From: Phycisphaerales bacterium
GTDB lineage: Bacteria; Planctomycetota; Phycisphaerae; Phycisphaerales; UBA1924
Assembly (NCBI GenBank): GCA_965227775.1
Contig: OZ245777.1
Coordinates: forward strand, 2,464,001-2,528,000
DNA: 64,000 nt
Reading direction: 5' to 3'
The notes beneath the pieces are model-generated. The model worked only from the letters and a program-made list of their open reading frames with translations, did not search any database and was not told the DNA's origin. The number at the start of each line of letters is the position of its first letter. The first letter of the stretch is position 1. Below are positions 9,464 through 17,289 of the stretch, piece after piece. The position numbers and the translations under genes were made by a program.

Positions 9464-10479
9464 CGGCCGCCCTGCGAGGTCAGTCCGTCAAGCATTGCCG
9501 TAGCGTGCCCATTCGCAGTCGTTTCCAGAGCCATCGAGATGCCTTCGGCCAGATCACGTGCCTTGCCTGAGACCTCCAGCGCGAGCCCCGCCGTCAGTGC
9601 GAGCGCGCCGCGGTGGGGGCCATCATCGGTCCCGTCCAACACACGACGAAGCGCGTCCGCGTTCTCTTTTGGCGTGCCCCCGCGCAGGTCCTCGGGCGAG
9701 CATCGTTCGATGCCGGCGTCCCTTGGGTCTCGGGTCGTCCGCCCCACGCGACGATGGTGCACGTCGAACAGCAGGAACGGTCCGCACGGCGTCGCTTCGT
9801 CCCAGCCGGGCTCGCCGTGCACCACGAATGCGCGCTCGACGTCGAGCCCGGCAAGCGCGTTGGCCATGAGCTCTGCCACAGCGGGTGAAAAGGCTCCGAT
9901 CACCGCGTACGGCGGTCGGGCCGGGTTCGTTAGCGGGCCAAGGATATTGAACACCGTCCGTACGCCCATGGCCTTGCGGATCGGGGCGATTGCGGCCATA
10001 GCCGGGTGGAACGCCGGCGCGTGCAGATAGACGAATCGCGACGCACGGAGAGCATCGCCTGGCTCGGGCATGGGCACGGTGATGCCCAGCGCACCCAGCA
10101 AATCGGCGGCGCCAGAACGAGAGCTGATCGAGCGGTTGCCGTGCTTCACAATCGTGGCACCCGCGGCCGCCGCGAGAAGCGCTCCGCCCGTCGAGATGTT
10201 GTAGCTGTTGCTGCCATCACCGCCCGTACCGACAAGGTCGCACGCGTCTGATGGTGTCTCGAACCCGGGCTTGGTTGCGAGTTCACGAAGCCCGCGCGCC
10301 AGGCCACGCACCTCGTCAGCGGCCTCTCCTTTGGCCCGCAGTGCTGCCAGCAGTGCGCCCGCAAGCGGCGGTTCGATGTCGCCATTGGCGAGCGCATGAA
10401 CCAACGAGTGCGCAGCGGCCTCATCGAGCGACTCGCCTCGCAGCAGTGTTTCCAACATTGCCGACGCATCTGAAGTCAT
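9460..10479 (-). CDS. trpD: Anthranilate phosphoribosyltransferase
   Basis: DLVGTGGDGSNSYNIST, KHGNRSISSRSG, RTVFNILGPLTNP. Confidence 0.97.
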   Translation of the reverse strand: MTSDASAMLETLLRGESLDEAAAHSLVHALANGDIEPPLAGALLAALRAKGEAADEVRGLARGLRELATKPGFETPSDACDLVGTGGDGSNSYNISTGGALLAAAAGATIVKHGNRSISSRSGAADLLGALGITVPMPEPGDALRASRFVYLHAPAFHPAMAAIAPIRKAMGVRTVFNILGPLTNPARPPYAVIGAFSPAVAELMANALAGLDVERAFVVHGEPGWDEATPCGPFLLFDVHHRRVGRTTRDPRDAGIERCSPEDLRGGTPKENADALRRVLDGTDDGPHRGALALTAGLALEVSGKARDLAEGISMALETTANGHATAMLDGLTSQGGR

Positions 10480-11114
10480 CGGCTGGTCTCCGCCGTGGGC
10501 GCATACACCCGTGCGGTGTAGGGCGGCTTGACCTGACGATCACGGATGCCCAGAAAATTGGCGACCATCGTGCCGCCCCACGGCGTGAGCACCGACTCGG
10601 GATGGAACTGCACGCCCTCGATGAGCAGCGAACGGTGCCGGATGCCCATGAGCTCGCCGCCGTCTACCTCGCGTGAAGTCGCGACGAAGTCCGAATGCAC
10701 CTCGTGCTCGTGCACACCCAGCGAGTGGTATCGGCCGACCGGCGTCCGCTGCGGAACGCCCACATACACACCCTTCTTGTCATGCTCGATGTCCGATGGT
10801 TTGCCGTGCATAAGGCATGCGGCATGCCGGATCGGCGAGCCCCAGACAGCAGCGATGGCCTGGAAACCAAGGCACACGCCCAGCATTGGCAGTTCGCCAG
10901 CGAACGCCTCGATCATCGGCATGGTGGATCCGGCGTTGTCCGGACGGCCTGGGCCAGGTGAGATCATCAGGTGCGTCGGCTCCAAGGCTCGTGCCTGGTC
11001 CACACTGATGGTGTCATTGCGATGCGTGAGCACCTCGGCACCAAGCTCACGCATGTACTGCACGAGGTTGAACGTGAACGAGTCGTAGTTGTCGATCATC
11101 AGCACGCGGGCCAT
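10476..11114 (-). CDS. trpG: Anthranilate synthase component II (glutamine amidotransferase)
   Basis: IDNYDSFTFNL, ISPGPG, GVCLG, RYHSL, QFHPES; ATG 11114 follows GGAGGCTGGTGAG. Confidence 0.96.
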   Translation of the reverse strand: MARVLMIDNYDSFTFNLVQYMRELGAEVLTHRNDTISVDQARALEPTHLMISPGPGRPDNAGSTMPMIEAFAGELPMLGVCLGFQAIAAVWGSPIRHAACLMHGKPSDIEHDKKGVYVGVPQRTPVGRYHSLGVHEHEVHSDFVATSREVDGGELMGIRHRSLLIEGVQFHPESVLTPWGGTMVANFLGIRDRQVKPPYTARVYAPTAETSR

Positions 11115-11115
11115 C

Positions 11116-12534
11116 TCACCAGCCTCCCTGTGCGAGCTCAAGCGCCTTCTCGAGCACCGCGACCTTCGACCGAACCTCCTGGTACTCGGCGTCAGGCTTC
11201 GAGTCGGCCACAATTCCTGCGCCGGCTTGGTACGCGTAGCTGCCGTTCTCGAACACCAACGTGCGGATGCAGATCGCCTTGTCAGCGCTGGCCAACTCGC
11301 CGTTGATGGGCTTGGCAAAGTAGCCGACGGCGCCCGCGTAGAGGCCGCGACCGACCGGCTCGTAGCTGTCGATGAGCTGCATCGCACGTACCTTGGGCGT
11401 GCCCACCAGCGTACCGGCGGGGAACGAGGCGGCCATCAGGTCCATCGCATCGGCTGACGCTTCAAGCTCGCCTCGCACACCGCTGACCAGGTGCATGACG
11501 TGCGAGTACCTCTCGATGGTGCGGAAGGGGTCGACGCGGATGGTCCCCGGCTTGGCGACGCGCCCGAGATCGTTCCGTGCCAGGTCGACGAGCATGACGT
11601 GCTCGGCCGCCTCCTTCGGATCGGCCTTCAACTCGGCCTCGAACGCACGATCCTCCTCCTCGGTCCGGCCGCGCTTTCGCGTGCCCGCGATTGGACGAAG
11701 CATCGCCTGCCCGCCATGGCAACGAAAGAGCGCTTCGGGCGACGCCCCCACAACGCGAACACCCTCGATGTCGAGGTAGTACATGTACGCAGACGGATTC
11801 AGCATCCGCAGCGCCCGATACACCTGGAACGGCTCGGAATGGGCCTCCCCCGCGCTGCGAATACTCAGCACAAGCTGAAAGACCTCGCCGTTGTATATGT
11901 CTTGTTTCGCGCCAGCCACCTGGTCGAGGAAATCCGGCTCGGAGACGCTATGGCTCGGCGGCGCGTGACCGCTGCGGACCGGCTCGGGCGGGTGCGCACC
12001 CCGCATCGCGTGCACCATCTCGCGCCGGATCGATTCGCGCTCCCAGTCCTCGCCGGCGTGCAGCAACGCCATCCGCCGCGTCAGGTGATCGAACACGAGC
12101 ACGCTGCGGGGCGCACAGTACAAGGCGACAGGCGAGGATGACTCGCGGCCGGCCGGTGTCGGCAGTGGCTCGAAGAAACGCACCGCGTCATATCCGCTCA
12201 CGCCCACGATCCCACCGGCGAACGGCACCGCACCAGGAATCGGTGACAGCGCGGGCGCGCGGTCGCGGAGGTGGCGAAGGAGCGCGAGAAAACTCGCGGA
12301 GTCCGTTGGGGCGGCCAATTCCTCGACACCGCTGGCCGTGCGGATTTGCACGGGTGAGCCGTCGGCCGGCAACCGTGCCGTGAATGCCGCATCGAGCCCG
12401 ATGAACGAGTACCGCGCGAGTTGCGTGCCGCTCTCGGCAGATTCCAGTAAAAAGCAGGGCGAGAACGCGCTCAGCTTGCGGAATGCAGATACTGGTGTGT
12501 CGAGGTCGGCCGGAATGTCAAATGGTGCGTGCAT
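11116..12534 (-). CDS. trpE: Anthranilate synthase component I (alternative GTG start at 12600)
   Basis: ADLDTPVS, LLESAE (Trp feedback motif), NPSAYM, GASPE, PIAGT, AEHVMLVDLARNDL, QAGAGIVADS. Confidence 0.97.
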   Translation of the reverse strand: MHAPFDIPADLDTPVSAFRKLSAFSPCFLLESAESGTQLARYSFIGLDAAFTARLPADGSPVQIRTASGVEELAAPTDSASFLALLRHLRDRAPALSPIPGAVPFAGGIVGVSGYDAVRFFEPLPTPAGRESSSPVALYCAPRSVLVFDHLTRRMALLHAGEDWERESIRREMVHAMRGAHPPEPVRSGHAPPSHSVSEPDFLDQVAGAKQDIYNGEVFQLVLSIRSAGEAHSEPFQVYRALRMLNPSAYMYYLDIEGVRVVGASPEALFRCHGGQAMLRPIAGTRKRGRTEEEDRAFEAELKADPKEAAEHVMLVDLARNDLGRVAKPGTIRVDPFRTIERYSHVMHLVSGVRGELEASADAMDLMAASFPAGTLVGTPKVRAMQLIDSYEPVGRGLYAGAVGYFAKPINGELASADKAICIRTLVFENGSYAYQAGAGIVADSKPDAEYQEVRSKVAVLEKALELAQGGW

Positions 12535-12648
12535 GGCCGAGCGGGCGTCCTCGTGGCAGTGTCGATCTTCTATCGACTCGTACGAGGGGTCCGGCCACAC
12601 ACCCCCTCGGCGAGCTTCGCATGGGGGCGGGGGAGCAGGCTCGTCTGG

Positions 12649-12756
12649 CTATCCAGCCAGCCGCGAGCCACGATCGCCAAGCCCCACATCCCAACGCCAC
12701 AACCAGCCGCGCTCGCGGCAGGTCGAGGGAACAGGTTTGAAGCCGGTGCGACCCAT
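12649..12756 (-). CDS. trpL: Putative trp operon leader peptide, 35 aa: MGRTGFKPVPSTCRERGWLWRWDVGLGDRGSRLAG
   Basis: Three TGG codons within five codons (12691-12705), directly upstream of trpE; the ATG sits 7 nt after the -10 box. Confidence 0.8.
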   Translation of the reverse strand: MGRTGFKPVPSTCRERGWLWRWDVGLGDRGSRLAG

Positions 12757-12763
12757 GGCAGCC

Positions 12764-12792
12764 ATTATGCCGAATCCGTCGAGCAGGGTCAA
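12764..12792 (-). promoter_or_regulatory. Sigma70-like promoter of the trp leader/operon
   Basis: TTGACC (12792-12787) - N17 - CATAAT (12769-12764). Confidence 0.8.
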
Positions 12793-12904
12793 GGGATTCT
12801 GCAGTCGCCTGGGCACATTGCGGATATCGGCCGTCCGATCAGGAGATCCACGCCTTCTTGGGCATCGGGGGAATCATGGGCCTGTTGGGGTAGATCATGG
12901 TCCC

Positions 12905-14038
12905 ATGACCACCCTCGACACGAAGCTCGCCAACCTGCTCTCCCCGCTGATCGCCGGCCGGCTTGAAGCCAAGACCCGCGTTTGGATGGCCCCGCTCACC
13001 CGTAGCCGCAGCAAGCAACCCGGCGACGTGCCATGGGAGCTCAACGCTGAGTACTACGCCCAGCGGGCCGATCCGCAGAAGGGTGCCGCCGTCATCGTGT
13101 CCGAGGCCACGCAGGTCAGCCAACAGGGCAAGGGCTACGCGTTCACGCCGGGGATCTACAGCGACGAGCAGGTCGAGGGCTGGAAGCTGGTCACCGACGC
13201 GGTCCACCAGAAGGGCGGCCTCATCCTCGCCCAGCTCTGGCACGTAGGCCGCATCAGCCACGTTGACCTGCAGCCCGACGGGCAGAAGCCCGTTGCTCCC
13301 TCGGCTATCCGGGCCGAGAGCCGGACCTACACGAGCAAGGAAAGGCAGATGGTGCCCACCAGCGAGCCGCGGGCGCTCGAGGCCAGCGAGATCCCGGGCG
13401 TGGCCGACCAGTTCCGCAAGGCAGCCGCCAACGCCAAGCGGGCCGGCTTCGACGGCGTCGAGATCCACGGCGCGAATGGCTACCTGCTCCAGCAGTTTCT
13501 CCGCCGCTCGACCAACCAGCGGACAGACGACTACGGCGGCTCGCTCGAGAATCGCGCTCGCTTCGGCCTCGAGGTTGCACGTGCCGTGCTCGAGGTTTGG
13601 GAGCCGGGCCGGGTTGGCTACCGGGTGAGTCCGATGAGCGAAGGCGCCGTCGATCCGCAAGACCTGCCGATCGAGACGTACGCCTACCTCGCGGCAGAGC
13701 TGGGCAAGCTCGGGCTTGCGTTTATCCATGTCGTCGAGGCGTTCCGCGACTCGGCCCGCGACACCGAGAGCGAGCTGGTGTTCGCCGCAGTCCGCAAGGC
13801 CTTCCGGGATGCTGGCGGCTTGGCGTACATCGGCAATGGCGATTACTCGGTCGAACGTGCCGCCCGCCGCATCGATGACGACAAAGCCGATGCCATCGCA
13901 TTTGGCAAGCCGTTCATTAGCAACCCGGACCTGGCCGAACGATTCCGGCAAGACGCTCCACTCAACCAGTGGGACCAGTCCACATTTTATGGGGGTGGTC
14001 CCGAGGGCTACACCGACTATCCGACCCTGAATGACTGA
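12905..14038 (+). CDS. nemA: Old yellow enzyme / alkene reductase (NemA-like)
   Basis: MAPLTRSR, QLWHVGRISH, GFDGVEIHGANGYL, NQRTDDYGGSLENR, FYGGGPEGYTDYP. Confidence 0.93.
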   Translation: MTTLDTKLANLLSPLIAGRLEAKTRVWMAPLTRSRSKQPGDVPWELNAEYYAQRADPQKGAAVIVSEATQVSQQGKGYAFTPGIYSDEQVEGWKLVTDAVHQKGGLILAQLWHVGRISHVDLQPDGQKPVAPSAIRAESRTYTSKERQMVPTSEPRALEASEIPGVADQFRKAAANAKRAGFDGVEIHGANGYLLQQFLRRSTNQRTDDYGGSLENRARFGLEVARAVLEVWEPGRVGYRVSPMSEGAVDPQDLPIETYAYLAAELGKLGLAFIHVVEAFRDSARDTESELVFAAVRKAFRDAGGLAYIGNGDYSVERAARRIDDDKADAIAFGKPFISNPDLAERFRQDAPLNQWDQSTFYGGGPEGYTDYPTLND

Positions 14039-14137
14039 CGGGATGCCTGACAGAGCGTCCCGAATAATGCGTCCTTGTGGGCCGTTGATTGCCCATAGAG
14101 CATCGCTCCAACGACTATCCTCTGGAGGAACCCGACG

Positions 14138-15313
14138 ATGACGCCACGCGCCCACGCTTTCCGGCTGCTCTCGACCTCGTTCATCGCGTTGGTAGCCGCG
14201 ACCGTTGCCGTAGCGAGCGTGCTTCGTCCCTTCCCCATGGCAGCCAACCAAACCGTTCGAGAGGCCTCGATCATGTCCACAACCGAGTCGGCTACCGGCA
14301 GCACGACCTCTCTCAGGGTCTTCGACACCAACGGCAACCTCGTCGGGCCCTTCAAGCTCCCTCGCGTGGAGCTTACCGAGGCCGAGTGGAAGGAGCGGTT
14401 GAGCCCCGAGGCATTCAAGATCCTCCGCAACGCAGGAACCGAGCCCGCGTTTTGCGGCACCCTGCTCGACAACAAGATGGACGGCGTGTACTGCTGCGCG
14501 GGTTGCCAGCTGCCACTGTTCTCGAGTAACGCGAAGTTCACGAGCGGCACGGGGTGGCCCAGCTTCTTCAAGCCAGTTGCCAACGAGAACATCGACATCA
14601 AGGAAGACACCAGCTACGGCATGATCCGGACCGAGATCCTCTGCGCTCGCTGCGACGGCCACTTGGGCCACGTCTTTAATGACGGCCCGCAGCCCACGGG
14701 TATGCGGTTCTGCGTGAACAGCGAGAGCCTGAGCTTCACCGAGACCAGCGATGTTGCCTCGCTGGGCGAGGTCGCTGTCGCCCACTTCGCCGGCGGGTGC
14801 TTCTGGTGCGTCGAGGGTGTCTTCGAGCAGCTGCAGGGCGTCTTTGACGTCACAAGCGGCTACAGCGGCGGGTTCGTGAGCCCGGAGGTCCAGCCCGTAA
14901 CCTACAAGCAGGTGACCACCGGCGCCACCGGCCACGCCGAAGCGGTTCGCATCGTGTATGACCCCAAGGTGATTTCCTACGACGCCCTGCTCGAGGTGCA
15001 CTTTGCCACCCACGACCCGACCACGCTCAACCGCCAGGGCGCCGACGTCGGCACGCACTACCGCAGCGCCATCTTCTACGCCAACGAGCAAGAGAAGCAG
15101 GCCGCCCAAGCGTTCATCGACGGCCTCGAAAAGAAGGGCGAGTTCCGCGATCCCATCGTGACCACTCTCGAGCCCCTCAACGGATTCCAGGTGGCCGAAG
15201 ACTACCACCAGAACTACGCCGAGCTCAACCCCGACCAGCCCTACATCTGCAATGTGGCGCTTCCCAAGATCGAGAAGGTCCGAAAGAAGTTCCCGCAGAA
15301 GATCAAGCAATAG
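14138..15313 (+). CDS. msrAB: Fused methionine sulfoxide reductase MsrB-MsrA with an N-terminal signal/anchor segment
   Basis: MsrB: GTGWPSF, CARCDGHLGHVF, RFCVNS. MsrA: AGGCFWCVE, GHAEAV, AEDYHQNY. GGAGG SD before 14138. Confidence 0.95.
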   Translation: MTPRAHAFRLLSTSFIALVAATVAVASVLRPFPMAANQTVREASIMSTTESATGSTTSLRVFDTNGNLVGPFKLPRVELTEAEWKERLSPEAFKILRNAGTEPAFCGTLLDNKMDGVYCCAGCQLPLFSSNAKFTSGTGWPSFFKPVANENIDIKEDTSYGMIRTEILCARCDGHLGHVFNDGPQPTGMRFCVNSESLSFTETSDVASLGEVAVAHFAGGCFWCVEGVFEQLQGVFDVTSGYSGGFVSPEVQPVTYKQVTTGATGHAEAVRIVYDPKVISYDALLEVHFATHDPTTLNRQGADVGTHYRSAIFYANEQEKQAAQAFIDGLEKKGEFRDPIVTTLEPLNGFQVAEDYHQNYAELNPDQPYICNVALPKIEKVRKKFPQKIKQ

Positions 15314-15328
15314 GCGGAGCGTTCAGGC

Positions 15329-16273
15329 TTAATCCGACTTCTTTCGCTGCTCTTCGCTCAGCACGGTGCGGAGTTGCGATACCTGCACGGCCATCTCCTG
15401 CAGATTCTGCTCCATCGCGGCCAGCTTGGCTTCCAGCGATTCGCCCTCGCCTTGCTGACGCAGCATGACCTTCGCGTTCTCGGCTTGGGCCTCGGTCATT
15501 GAACTGATGACGACACCGATGAACAGGTTGAGCACGATCATGGTGCCGATGATAACGAAGCTCACGAAGTAGACCGCCGCAACAATTGGCATGGCCTGCG
15601 GCTGCGCGTGGGGGTAACGATCGATGCCCGGCGGTCGATAGACGTCCGAGCCATAGCTCTGGATGTAATAGAGGTCGGTCCAGTCCTCGAGCGTCACTGT
15701 TCGAAGCAGACTGAACATGCTGTCCTGCAGCGTGCCGAAGTGCACCGGATCATTCTTGCCAAAGAGGACGGTGCCCATCACCGCATACACGTAGAACAGG
15801 AGCACGAGCAGCAGTGTCACGTAGATGATCGACGGAATCGCATGGAGCAGCGCGATCACCAGCACACGCAGCCTCGGCACGACCGTGATCAGCCGGAGCA
15901 CTCGGAGCACGCGTGCGAGCCGTAGGACTGCGGCGTACGGCCCGCCCAGTGGCAGCAGGCAGACTGCGACGATCACGAAGTCGAAGACGTTCCACCCACT
16001 GAGGAAGAACCGCCACGGCCGCGGCCAGTGCGCGCCGATGCGAATCACGAGCTCGGCCATAAAGATGCCGATGATCAGCTTGTCGAGCCCAAGCAGTACC
16101 GGGCCGACGCGCTCCATGATCTGCGGGTAGGTCTCCAGCCCGACGTTGATCGCCGCGACCAGGATGACGCCGACAACAATCGCGTGGAACCAACCGGCCT
16201 CGGAGATCTGCCTGAGGCGGTGCACCAACGAGCCCGGCCGGGCTTCGTCTACGTACTGGTCGGTTGCTTCCAT
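15329..16273 (-). CDS. Bacterial voltage-gated cation channel (BacNav/AnclNav type)
   Basis: GWNVFDF (S3), LRLARVLRVLRL (S4), filter TLEDWTD, LNLFIGVVI (S6), C-terminal coiled coil. Confidence 0.93.
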   Translation of the reverse strand: MEATDQYVDEARPGSLVHRLRQISEAGWFHAIVVGVILVAAINVGLETYPQIMERVGPVLLGLDKLIIGIFMAELVIRIGAHWPRPWRFFLSGWNVFDFVIVAVCLLPLGGPYAAVLRLARVLRVLRLITVVPRLRVLVIALLHAIPSIIYVTLLLVLLFYVYAVMGTVLFGKNDPVHFGTLQDSMFSLLRTVTLEDWTDLYYIQSYGSDVYRPPGIDRYPHAQPQAMPIVAAVYFVSFVIIGTMIVLNLFIGVVISSMTEAQAENAKVMLRQQGEGESLEAKLAAMEQNLQEMAVQVSQLRTVLSEEQRKKSD

Positions 16274-16277
16274 AGGG

Positions 16278-17285
16278 CTATGCGATCCTCGGATCGACCC
16301 ACCGGTACAGCACATCGACGGCTAGGTTAAAGAGCACCAGCATCGTCGCGAACACGAGCACCACGCCGATGATCAGGAACAGGTCCTTGTTCTGCACGCC
16401 GTTCACGAAGTGCTGGCCCATGCCCGGCACATTGAACACGCGTTCCACGATGAAGGAGCCCGTCATTGCCAGGGCGGCGGCCGGGCCGAGATAGCTCAGA
16501 ACCGGGAGGAACGCGTTCTTGAGCGCGTGGCGAAGCAGCACAAGCCGTTCGCTGACACCCTTGGCCCGCGCCGTGCGCACATAGTCGGTCGAGAGGGCGT
16601 CGATCATGCCCATCCGGGTCAGCCGAGCGATGTACGCCGCGAATGGGAGGCTCAGCGTGATCGCTGGCAGCAGCATGTCCATAGGTCCAGCACTGGAGCC
16701 GACCTCACCGACGCCAAGCCACACCGGGAAGATCAAGAGCAGCACCGTCCCGATCACGAAGCTCGGTAGGCTGATGCCGATCAACGCCACCATCAATGTG
16801 CCGAGATCGACCAGTGAATTGGGCTTCACGGCGCCCGCGATGCCCGCGACAACACCCACGCCAAGCGCAATCAGGATCGCGATCGCACCTAGCGTGATCG
16901 ACACCGGCAGCGAATCTCGCACGATCTCGTTGACTGTCCAATCCTCGTACTGAAGGCTCGGGCCGAAGTCGAACACGTATCGTCGGGGCGGGGCCTGCCC
17001 CTCGGCCTCGGCCCGCTCACGCTCTCTGGCCAATTCCCCGCTGAGCGTGTCGGCCGCGTACTTGAATCCGGTCGCGTTGGCAAGATACGACCAATAGAAG
17101 TTCGGAAAGCTATCGAGGTTGTACTGGCGCTTCATCGCCTCGATGACTTCGGGCTTGGGCTGGCGGCCCTCCGGGTTCTCGAGCGGATTGCCCGGGATCG
17201 CCCACGCCAGTGCGAGCGTCAGCGTGTAGATCACCAGCACGATGATCGGAAGCTGCACCAGCCTCCGGATGATCAGTCCAAGCAT
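16278..17285 (-). CDS. oppB: Oligopeptide ABC transporter permease (OppB-like)
   Basis: FDFGPSL, SLPSFV, ARLTR, DYVRTARAKG (EAA loop), RHALKNA, VDPRI. Confidence 0.93.
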   Translation of the reverse strand: MLGLIIRRLVQLPIIVLVIYTLTLALAWAIPGNPLENPEGRQPKPEVIEAMKRQYNLDSFPNFYWSYLANATGFKYAADTLSGELARERERAEAEGQAPPRRYVFDFGPSLQYEDWTVNEIVRDSLPVSITLGAIAILIALGVGVVAGIAGAVKPNSLVDLGTLMVALIGISLPSFVIGTVLLLIFPVWLGVGEVGSSAGPMDMLLPAITLSLPFAAYIARLTRMGMIDALSTDYVRTARAKGVSERLVLLRHALKNAFLPVLSYLGPAAALAMTGSFIVERVFNVPGMGQHFVNGVQNKDLFLIIGVVLVFATMLVLFNLAVDVLYRWVDPRIA

Positions 17286-17289
17286 GCGG

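Noticed and set aside
12518..12700. Alternative Trp-containing 60-aa ORF in the trp leader (MALGCGAWRSWLAAGW...)
   Set aside because: It starts at a GTG with no SD or promoter fit, its Trp codons are more dispersed, and it runs out of frame into trpE. The ORF from 12756 fits the promoter exactly.
12338..12904. Long N-terminal extension of the OYE ORF; likewise the dehydratase from 33967, trpG from 11387, pth from 63597 and rpsF from 62729
   Set aside because: The extensions overlap other genes or regulatory regions and lack family similarity; internal starts fit better.
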